Shown piece after piece: positions 56,251-64,000 of a stretch of DNA of 64,000 nucleotides. The DNA is from Fibrobacteria bacterium (GTDB taxonomy: Bacteria > Fibrobacterota > Chitinivibrionia > Chitinivibrionales > FEN-1185): positions 183,441 through 247,440 of the forward strand of contig JBBIGR010000002.1 in NCBI GenBank assembly GCA_037447435.1. The letters run 5' to 3'. Numbering within the stretch: the first letter of the stretch is position 1; every line of letters begins with the position of its first letter. The translations under genes and the position numbers were made by a program. Under the pieces are notes generated by a model, which saw nothing but the letters and a program-made list of their open reading frames with translations, searched no databases and was not told where the DNA came from.

Positions 56251-58872
56251 TTATTCGCTCAACTTCTCTTTTTCTTTACGGAAAATAGAAAGCTTGGATT
56301 CGACTTCGCCCAGCAAGAAGCGCAATTCCGACGTCTTTTCCACGGCCGTCTGCAACCGCTGCTCTTCCGACGAAAGGTTTTTGATTTGCGCTTTGATGTC
56401 TTCCATGAGCAAGGTGAGACTGTTGATACGGTTTTCCGCTTCCTTGATAACTTGTTTTTCCCGGGCGAGCTCCTTCATCCGGCGTTCGACGGACTGCATG
56501 ATGGTTTCCATTTCCTCCACCTTGCCTTTGACCATTTCAATGTCTTTGCCGCGTACCGTGATGTTTTCGATATGCGATTCGGAACGCGTGATGAGTTCGG
56601 TGAGCATGTCCACTTTTTTCTGCGCCGAATTGACGAGTTCGCGCCCTTTATCGATGGCCTGAATCCGGATTTCCATATCGCTGACGACGGTGTCGACGTT
56701 TTGGATTCTCGAATCGATGGCTTCCAGTTTACCTGTGCGACGGGCAAGCTGGTCCATTTCGGCTTTGACGCCGTCCAGCACTTTTGATACCGCCGACAAA
56801 TGGTCTTCCGCTTTGTCGATATCCGCCTTATGTTTTTCGATGGCTTTGATCTGGGCATTGCTATCGGCCAGGACCCCGTTGAATTGGTCGCGGTTTTTAA
56901 GCACGTCGGCATTAAAGGCATTGATTTCCTTGCGGGACACGTCCAGACTTTGCCGTGTTTTCGCCACGAGGTCTTCCAATTCCTTTTTCATGTCGAGGAT
57001 ATGTTTTTCTTCCTGCAATAGGGCGAGCTTTTCCTGGGCGAGCCGTTCCATCATTCCTTTGGCCTCCTGCGACTGTACGGAAATCGCGGAAAGCTTGCTC
57101 GAAAGGTCGTCGACCACTTTCTGGTCTTTGGCCAGGCTTTGGATTTTCATGTTGATGTCGCCGAGCAGGTAATTGAGCTGGTCGAGGCGCTTTTCGGTTT
57201 TGTCTATCATACTCTTGCGTGACAATTGCGCCGTGATGCGCTCGTCGATCTCGGTGACCATTGCTCCCAAATTGGCGATCTTGCTGTCTACTTCTTCTAT
57301 GATTTTGGCTTTTTCTTCGGTCTGGCTTACCCGCTCGCCGGTCTTGTCGGACAGGGTCCGCAACTCCTCGATCTGTTGCGCAAGCGCCATGATGTCCTGT
57401 TCGTGTTTTCGCAATTCGGAAACTTTGGACTCCAAAGACTTGGCGCTGGCGGTGAAGCTTTCTATGCGCATGACCGCGGAATCTATTTCTTTTTTGTAAT
57501 GTATGTACATTTCCTCTTTTTTGGTGGTATCGTCGATGATGGTCTGGATATCCGAAAGCTTATTGTTGACAAAATCGACGTCCTTGGACTTTTTAAGCAC
57601 CACATCCACGCGGCTTTCGGTGTCGCCGAGCTGGTTTTCGATGGCCGCTATGCGCTGATTGATCGCGTCGACCGCATTCCATTCCTGGCTGACTTCCTCG
57701 ATACGCACCTTTACTTTATCGAGCGCGCGTTCGTAGTCGACGATTTCGCCGTGGGTTTTTTCGAGCATTTGGGAATGCTTGGATATGGTATTGAAAATGG
57801 CTTCGGTATTGCGCGCGGCGGTATGCACTTCGTGGGCGCGCTCGCTCACTTCGTCGAGCCTGGTGCTGTTTTTTGCAAATTGCGCAAGCTTTTGGTCGAG
57901 CTGACCGTCGAGCGTGTGTATTTCCGCGATTTTTTGCGTCGTGCTTTCCATGAACTTTTCAAAATGACGGATCTGGTTTATGGATGCGCTGCTTTCCTGG
58001 AGCATCACATTGATTTTCTCGACGTTTTTCTCGGTTTTTTCCAGTTTTGTCAAACGTTCCTGAAGGTGTTTCATTTCCGCGTCGATGCGCCAGGTCAGGG
58101 TGTTGAGACGACCGGCTTCTTCGTTCGCTTTCTCGACCACGACCCGTTGGTTTTCCAATGCCTTCACTTTCGTCTTGACATATTCGGAAAGGTTGTTGAG
58201 ATTATCGATTTTTTCCTTCATGAGCCGAAACGATTCCAGGTCTTTTTCTATGGCCGACAGTTGGGCCGCGGAAGTTTCGGAAACCCCGCGGACATCGCCG
58301 AAACTATTGGAAAGCTTGTCGAGTTCGCCCGAAAACGACTTCGCCTGCTTTTCGAGCGTCACCATGACGTCGGCGTTTTTTTTCATCCGCTCTTCGAGGC
58401 GCGAGAGTTCGGTAATGGCGTCTTTGAGAATGGCGCCTTCGCTTCCATGATTGCCCATTTTTTCCATGAGCGCGTCGATTTTGGCGTTCACGCCGTCGAG
58501 AAGCGATTCTTTCGAAACGCAACGATCGTACAGCGCATCCATATCGCGGAGATGCTTTTCCATGGTAAACACCTTGGTCGCGTACTCGTCTATTTTGGCG
58601 GCTTGGGCCGACGAACCTTCGATGGTCGTTTTGAGCGACGAATAATCGTTTTGCAAATCGGCGATGCCCTGCTTAAGCGACTCGACTATTGCTTTTTCGG
58701 AATGCACCTGGCTGCGCTCGTTTGCCGCAGATGCCAACAGCGAATGAAGGTCGGCCTTTTGCGCCTCCGCATTCTGAAGGATTTCCTGAATTTCGTTCAC
58801 GTGTTTTTCAAGAGCCTCGGCAAGTGCCGCGGGGTCCTTGATTTCTTTTCCTTTAGACAATGAAAACTTCAT
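56251..58872 (-). CDS. Long coiled-coil protein (873 aa)
   Basis: Heptad-rich E/K/L/I helical sequence, almost no Pro or Gly, no ATPase motif; ATGA overlap with the upstream gene sets the start. Confidence 0.8.
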   Translation of the reverse strand: MKFSLSKGKEIKDPAALAEALEKHVNEIQEILQNAEAQKADLHSLLASAANERSQVHSEKAIVESLKQGIADLQNDYSSLKTTIEGSSAQAAKIDEYATKVFTMEKHLRDMDALYDRCVSKESLLDGVNAKIDALMEKMGNHGSEGAILKDAITELSRLEERMKKNADVMVTLEKQAKSFSGELDKLSNSFGDVRGVSETSAAQLSAIEKDLESFRLMKEKIDNLNNLSEYVKTKVKALENQRVVVEKANEEAGRLNTLTWRIDAEMKHLQERLTKLEKTEKNVEKINVMLQESSASINQIRHFEKFMESTTQKIAEIHTLDGQLDQKLAQFAKNSTRLDEVSERAHEVHTAARNTEAIFNTISKHSQMLEKTHGEIVDYERALDKVKVRIEEVSQEWNAVDAINQRIAAIENQLGDTESRVDVVLKKSKDVDFVNNKLSDIQTIIDDTTKKEEMYIHYKKEIDSAVMRIESFTASAKSLESKVSELRKHEQDIMALAQQIEELRTLSDKTGERVSQTEEKAKIIEEVDSKIANLGAMVTEIDERITAQLSRKSMIDKTEKRLDQLNYLLGDINMKIQSLAKDQKVVDDLSSKLSAISVQSQEAKGMMERLAQEKLALLQEEKHILDMKKELEDLVAKTRQSLDVSRKEINAFNADVLKNRDQFNGVLADSNAQIKAIEKHKADIDKAEDHLSAVSKVLDGVKAEMDQLARRTGKLEAIDSRIQNVDTVVSDMEIRIQAIDKGRELVNSAQKKVDMLTELITRSESHIENITVRGKDIEMVKGKVEEMETIMQSVERRMKELAREKQVIKEAENRINSLTLLMEDIKAQIKNLSSEEQRLQTAVEKTSELRFLLGEVESKLSIFRKEKEKLSE

Positions 58873-60155
58873 AGGAGAAACTCCTCTGTGGAGAACGTTT
58901 CCTCGCGGTATATTAGCCAATGTCCGTTGTTTTTATAAAAACACAACCGCTTGGCATTTTGCTTGGCCGCTTGGTTTGATGCAGCATATTGCTGGCGAAA
59001 CACAACCACGGCGGTAGATTCCGAGCAATCGACGAGTCTGATATTATCGACTGAAACCTGTATGGATTCCAAAGTTTGAAAAATGCTTTTTTTCCGGTCG
59101 CGCCAGGCATTCCACGACATCCCGCTCGAAAAGAAGCGTTGCGCATCGTAAAACTGCGAATAGGTGGCGATATTGCGGGACGCCCAGGCGGATTGCCATC
59201 CTTCGAGTATGCTTTTGAAATCGTGTTCGCGCATGACGTATTCGTTCAGGACATATTTTCTTTTTTGTTCGATCCGTGCATAATCCGGATACGCCTGGGG
59301 CTTGGAAATATCGCTTTTATCAACGATCACGACCGGCGTCCCGACCCCGAGTTTCAAAAACTTTTCCAGCTCAAGAAGATAGGTGTTTTGCATGACGATG
59401 CATCCGCGCGTCACCATGCGGTTGCTGTCTTCCGGCATTCCGTGAATCCAAATTCCTTGTCCGGTCCTGCCTGCCTGACGGTCTTCCTCGTTGGGATAAT
59501 TAAGCACGTATGCCAGCGGCCCGTACAATTCGTTCAATTCCGATTTTTCTTTGCGGCCGACTATAAAATATTCGCCTTCGGGAGTCCGCCGGTCTCCTGC
59601 CGATTGTTTTTGCCCTTCATTGCGTCCCATGACCGCAGGAAACTGCGCGGCAATATCCCATGAGCTCGTCGTCATATTCTTATAAAGCAAATAAACCGTC
59701 TTGTTCGATTTATTGGCAAGGATGCAATACTGCAACAACCCGGAGGTGTCTTGCTTCGGTTGAACGCTTTTCACCGTATCCGCGTTAGCGGCCGCAGGAG
59801 GTTCTTTTTTCACCAGTGGCACGGTGTCGCGAACCATGACCGGTTTCGGTACGCCGGCGACGGCCACGGGTTTTTTGGGGGCCCTTTTTATTGCAGCCTG
59901 CTGCGACGCCTTTTGAGCCGATACGATCCATGCAAATATTTTGGGCACCGTCGGTACGATGAGGGCGACGGCAAGGGCAATGACTGCGATAATAAGGCCG
60001 AACCGGGCATACGCCATGGTCCGCTTAAATAATCGTTTGCCGACGCTCCCTTCACGATACGCGCGCCTGATATCGCGCTTGCTTTGCCACGTCCGGTATC
60101 TGAATTCAAGCGTTTTACTTTGGAAAACAATAAATCGTTTAACGATCTGCCACAT
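58869..60155 (-). CDS. YkuD L,D-transpeptidase/carboxypeptidase with C-terminal NTF2-like domain (Csd6/Pgp2-like)
   Basis: TM helix; GDRRTPEGEY, LNYPN..D, GIWIHG...TRGC; W..AW....YSQFY...VVFRQQY...WLIYRE. Confidence 0.85.
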   Translation of the reverse strand: MWQIVKRFIVFQSKTLEFRYRTWQSKRDIRRAYREGSVGKRLFKRTMAYARFGLIIAVIALAVALIVPTVPKIFAWIVSAQKASQQAAIKRAPKKPVAVAGVPKPVMVRDTVPLVKKEPPAAANADTVKSVQPKQDTSGLLQYCILANKSNKTVYLLYKNMTTSSWDIAAQFPAVMGRNEGQKQSAGDRRTPEGEYFIVGRKEKSELNELYGPLAYVLNYPNEEDRQAGRTGQGIWIHGMPEDSNRMVTRGCIVMQNTYLLELEKFLKLGVGTPVVIVDKSDISKPQAYPDYARIEQKRKYVLNEYVMREHDFKSILEGWQSAWASRNIATYSQFYDAQRFFSSGMSWNAWRDRKKSIFQTLESIQVSVDNIRLVDCSESTAVVVFRQQYAASNQAAKQNAKRLCFYKNNGHWLIYREETFSTEEFLL

Positions 60156-60267
60156 CAGCGACTTAGACCTTTGAATTGTCTTGTAAGAAACTGTTTTGTA
60201 TCCTGCATATTATATAATTCAAACTGCCCGCTGGGCATAATTTTGTTGATGAATTTTCCGGAATTTT

Positions 60268-61374
60268 TTACCGCGGTTCAATGAGACGCGTCAGGTCGTC
60301 GATATTTTGTTTGACCGCCTCGATTACACCCTGGTCGACGGCGGTTTCAAACCTGATGCCCCGCGTTGTTTCCGACTCCTTGCAATAGGCATCGTATTGA
60401 TTGTGAGAAAATATGCCGATTACCGGTTTATGCAGGATATCGGCAAGTTGGAAAAATGCCGTGGCTCCCGCAATTATATAGGCGGATAAATGGACAAGCG
60501 CCGCACTGCGCGGCGCAGACATATTTGAAAACACGGGTAATTGCCTGCTTGCCAGCCATTGCATTGTCTGCTCGCCCGGTTGCTTATTGACATAAAGATA
60601 ACAGTTTCGATGAGCGTTTACAAGCGCGTCAAGAAGCGATTGGGTCCAGGAAATTCCGAATGTTTCGGCAAAATAAAGCGCATCGATCCCTATCAGCGGT
60701 TTTGAAACATCGATTTTCATTTCCCCGAATTGGAGTTTTAATTCGGACAAAGCCTCTTTGGAAACGCCCCATTTTGATTTTTGTGGAGCCTTCGCTCCGA
60801 GCATCGAGGCGATCAGCAACCCTTTCTCCGCGCAGTTTTGGCGTTTATCGGAAGGCTTTACTTGTAAATTGAGAAACGGGCTTGCATTTTCGGCGGCAAA
60901 GCCGATACGTATTTGCGCCGAACTTTTTCCGCACAAATATAATAATGAAAGACTTGGTGCGCTATCCAGCAGGACGCAGGCATCGAATTTAGTATCATGG
61001 ATTCTTTTTCCGAGCGCAACGATTTCCTTGGAAAACGGGTTATCGGCACTTTCGTCGTATTCGATAAAATCGTGGATTGGCCCCAACGCCTTAAAGAACG
61101 GGGTCACTGCCGAACCGCATAATACGGTGATTTTGGAATTGGAAAAATGCGAGGCCAGGGCAAGGCAGCTTTTTGCTTGATGCGAGGCAGCCAGTTCATC
61201 CTGCGGGAGCACGACGAGAATGTGCGGAGCCCCACCGAGTGCAAAGGGTAAAACAAGTCCCGGCGCTTCATATCGTTTTGAAACAACCCATGACATTACC
61301 GACAGCTTCATCGCGGGCGGCAAAGCATTCAATATATGCGCCATAAACGAATTTGCGTTTTTCTTATCTTCCAT
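60268..61374 (-). CDS. Divergent GT9-like glycosyltransferase
   Basis: FSNSKITVL, KFDACVLL, AQIRIGF, HLSAYIIAG..FFQLADILHKPVIGIF; canonical DSG motif absent. Confidence 0.65.
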   Translation of the reverse strand: MEDKKNANSFMAHILNALPPAMKLSVMSWVVSKRYEAPGLVLPFALGGAPHILVVLPQDELAASHQAKSCLALASHFSNSKITVLCGSAVTPFFKALGPIHDFIEYDESADNPFSKEIVALGKRIHDTKFDACVLLDSAPSLSLLYLCGKSSAQIRIGFAAENASPFLNLQVKPSDKRQNCAEKGLLIASMLGAKAPQKSKWGVSKEALSELKLQFGEMKIDVSKPLIGIDALYFAETFGISWTQSLLDALVNAHRNCYLYVNKQPGEQTMQWLASRQLPVFSNMSAPRSAALVHLSAYIIAGATAFFQLADILHKPVIGIFSHNQYDAYCKESETTRGIRFETAVDQGVIEAVKQNIDDLTRLIEPR

Positions 61375-61548
61375 AGTAGGATTTTATACGGTTAAAGGAT
61401 ATTATCGATCGCCGGAACCTATAAATTAATAGACCGCGTTGAAAAAAATTATTACTTTGCATCTTTTGACAGCGTTATGCTTTTATTATAAAATAAATAA
61501 GCTTAGAAACTATATGGAAAATATCTACGCGAAAAGTGCAGATACTAT

Positions 61549-63783
61549 TTGGTCTTTAAAGAAACCGGTTACACCATGCTTTTTCGGTCTATATCGCTCT
61601 CGTTGTCCGCGCTTTTTTGCGCGCTTATCGCCTTTGTTACAACCGGTCAAGCAGATATTTATGTGACCCGGTTCGGCGATATGGGTATGATCTTTGCGGT
61701 CTGCGCGGCACTGCTGTGCGCTGCGGTGCTTATCGCAAAGCAAAAACGGATACGGTTTTTATCTTTATCCTGGACCGTATGGCTTGCTTGCTTTTTGTCG
61801 ATTTGCAGCGTCCGGTATTTCGGGCAATGCGCGTCCGCTTATTTGGGAAGCACGGTCCCCTACGGATTTTCTCCAATGTATCTTTGTTATTATGCGGTCA
61901 TTCTTTTATTCTCGATGGCCGTTCCGCGGCTATGGTTTGTTTCCGTCCTTGTTTTCATACTTTCCGAATTGGCATCGTTATGGTTTGCCGGTTTTTTCCA
62001 TGGTTTTTTTATTTATCCTTCAAAAGGATGGCATTTCCTTTTATTCAACCGTCTGTCCGTTTGCGCGCAACCGTTTGAACTGATGACTTTGTCTGCGGTT
62101 TTGCCTTATATTATTGGCCGGTTGAATCCTGCAACGGCTCAAAACCGTCCCGCTGCGCCAGCGGCGGTTTCCCTGCCTAAGCCCGACGACGGCTTCAATC
62201 AGAAAACAGCGCTGTTGCAACAGGACCTCATGCCGGTTTCCAGTAAGACCCAGGCATTCTTGCTCGAGCAGGACGCGGCCGCGCTTAACAAGTCGGATGT
62301 CAACGAATTGCTTTCCAGCGTCGTGTATTTCATGAGTCGCAATTTTAAGGCGTATTCCGCCATCGGATTTGTTTACGATCCGTTAAAGCGCGTTTTCGTG
62401 CTCAATTCTTTTCATTCGAAGAATTATTCTATTGTCAAAGGAACCGAAATTCCGATCGGGCGGGGTGTCGTGGGAAAAGTCGGCGTGGAAAAACGATCCT
62501 TTTTAAGCGGCGACGTGTCTTTGTATCATGAAGAACTTTTGTATTACAAGTCTCACGAATCGATTAATTCCGTGCTTTGCGTTCCTATTCTCTCGGAAGC
62601 AAAAGAACTGCTCGGCGCTTTATGCATCGATAACCAGGACAAAAATTCCTTTACCGAGCAACACAAAGAAACGCTGCTTCGTTTTTCGTCCCTTGCCGCG
62701 GCGCTTATAACCAATGTCCGCATGCGCATTTTTCAGGAGCGGGCAGCCAAAAGCTTCCAGATTTTTTACGAATCGTCACAGCAATTCATTACCGCTTTAC
62801 GTGCGGAACAGGTTTTTGACGTCTTGTTTAAAATGACCGGATTGCTCACGCCGCTTACCCGTCTGATGCTTATCACCTTTGACGAGCAGCGCCGTTGCGG
62901 CGTGATTGGAAAGATCACCGGCGCCCCTCGGGAGCTTACCGAAGGCACGGAGTTTCCGATTAACGCGGGGATCTATTCCTATGCGTTTCAGAAAAGGACG
63001 ATTGTAAACATATCGAATTTTCAGTTGTACCGCGGCAAGTATTACCGTTTTATCGAAACCGAATCGTTTAACCCTGCAATCGCATCGCTGTTGATCGTAC
63101 CGCTGTTCGACGACGAACAACGCATCGTCGGCCTTATTTCCTGCGAAAGCGATATTGTCAATCAATTTACACAAGACACTGAAAAGCATTTGTCTATTCT
63201 TATCGGGAATGCCTCCGTGGCGATTACCCGCGCGCGTTTGTATCAAAAAATGGAAACATTGGCCTCGACCGACGGTCTGACCCAACTCAACAATCACCGG
63301 ACATTCCAGGAGCATCTCGTGCGGGAAACGGAACGGTCCAAACGTCACGGACGGCCGTTGTCGCTTTTGCTTATGGACATAGACCATTTCAAACATTTCA
63401 ACGATACGTACGGACACCCGGTCGGCGATTTGGTATTGAAGGAAATCTCCGCATGCATCAAGCAATCCGTGCGCCTGAACGACATCCCGGCCCGATACGG
63501 CGGTGAGGAATTTACCGTCATTATTCCGGATACGTCGGAAGAAGGAGCAATGGTGATCGCCGAGCGTATCAGAAACACCGTGGAGCGCAAAATCATCATG
63601 TCGCTCGACAGGCCGTTACGGGTGACGATCAGCCTCGGCTGCGCGACAATGCCCCTTCACGCTCAAAACGGACCCGACCTGATAGATTGCGCGGATAAAG
63701 CATTGTATTATTCAAAGGAACATGGACGAAACAAAGCTTCTTTATATGTCAAGGGAATGACTTCGGAAAAGAAAAAGGGGTAG
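61549..63783 (+). CDS. Diguanylate cyclase: membrane region, two GAF domains, GGEEF
   Basis: Several TM helices; two GAF-like segments; TDGLTQL, DIDHFK.FND.YGH, RLND I-site, RYGGEEF; start may be ATG 61576. Confidence 0.92.
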   Translation: MVFKETGYTMLFRSISLSLSALFCALIAFVTTGQADIYVTRFGDMGMIFAVCAALLCAAVLIAKQKRIRFLSLSWTVWLACFLSICSVRYFGQCASAYLGSTVPYGFSPMYLCYYAVILLFSMAVPRLWFVSVLVFILSELASLWFAGFFHGFFIYPSKGWHFLLFNRLSVCAQPFELMTLSAVLPYIIGRLNPATAQNRPAAPAAVSLPKPDDGFNQKTALLQQDLMPVSSKTQAFLLEQDAAALNKSDVNELLSSVVYFMSRNFKAYSAIGFVYDPLKRVFVLNSFHSKNYSIVKGTEIPIGRGVVGKVGVEKRSFLSGDVSLYHEELLYYKSHESINSVLCVPILSEAKELLGALCIDNQDKNSFTEQHKETLLRFSSLAAALITNVRMRIFQERAAKSFQIFYESSQQFITALRAEQVFDVLFKMTGLLTPLTRLMLITFDEQRRCGVIGKITGAPRELTEGTEFPINAGIYSYAFQKRTIVNISNFQLYRGKYYRFIETESFNPAIASLLIVPLFDDEQRIVGLISCESDIVNQFTQDTEKHLSILIGNASVAITRARLYQKMETLASTDGLTQLNNHRTFQEHLVRETERSKRHGRPLSLLLMDIDHFKHFNDTYGHPVGDLVLKEISACIKQSVRLNDIPARYGGEEFTVIIPDTSEEGAMVIAERIRNTVERKIIMSLDRPLRVTISLGCATMPLHAQNGPDLIDCADKALYYSKEHGRNKASLYVKGMTSEKKKG

Positions 63784-63947
63784 GGCGGGATTGAAATTAT
63801 TCGTAGGGATCGAAGATTTTATGGTAGGGGCTGAAAATACGTAGGGGCTGAAAATCTTCAGCCCCTACATTTTCGACCCATACGTATTTTCAGATTTTAT
63901 TGTAGGGGCTGAAGATATTATTGTAGGGGCTGAAGATTTTCAGCCCT
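63780..63947. repeat. Cluster of GTAG-type REP-like palindromes
   Basis: gtaggggctgaa at 63824, 63841, 63902, 63923; complete palindrome at 63841-63868; near-complete at 63923-63947. Confidence 0.8.
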
Positions 63948-64000
63948 TGGTCTAGTCCGGAAATATGTTTACAGTTTCCGGAGGCAAAATGGGAGAACGT

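Noticed and set aside
57226..58863. 545-aa plus-strand ORF
   Set aside because: Antisense shadow of the coiled-coil gene. Its F/L/V/D-rich composition is what reversed K/E/I codons give, and it has no motifs.
56251..58872. SMC or chemoreceptor call for the coiled-coil protein
   Set aside because: No Walker A/B or hinge, and no MCP hairpin signature.
63780..63947. Possible CRISPR array
   Set aside because: Repeats are short, irregularly spaced, partly inverted and nested, with no unique ~30-nt spacers and no cas genes. This fits REP elements.

Overview
Bacterial chromosomal window with about 45 CDS. I recognised no rRNA, tRNA, CRISPR array or intact transposase. Gene content suggests a Gram-negative, polysaccharide-degrading member of the FCB group, most like Fibrobacterota (Chitinispirillaceae-like); this is inference from LPS genes, T9SS-like C-terminal tags and a Fibrobacterota-style outer-membrane barrel. 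Layout: (1) rfbD-rfbB. (2) A roughly 17 kb glycan/uronate locus at 2.1-19.4 kb: AraC, GH2 uronidase-like, stand-alone CTD-like protein, GH3, OM barrel, exuT, cupin, gnd, uxaC, uxuB-like SDR, gntK, LarA-family epimerase, GH79. It lacks uxuA/kdgK/eda and appears to route glucuronate through mannonate and gluconate into the pentose phosphate pathway. (3) A minus-strand run: FimV-like TPR/acidic-repeat protein, Xaa-Pro peptidase, pilT/U, FecR, and a GH55 gene split by a 2-nt frameshift. (4) Envelope/LPS genes: rfaE2, OmpA, a LicC-like/PLP-enzyme fusion, waaF, DUF362, lpxB, manC, PHP, and a PknD-like receptor kinase. (5) An AT-rich islet at about 41.9-45.1 kb with a toxin-antitoxin relic and a coupled TcmP + DUF5131 pair of unknown function. 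(6) Housekeeping genes: RluA family, prs, ogt, ABC-F, rel. (7) A Csd6/Pgp2-like L,D-peptidase coupled to an 873-aa coiled-coil protein, a GAF-GAF-GGEEF cyclase, and a nested GTAG-type REP cluster at the right end. All family assignments come from motif recognition by eye, not from database searches.
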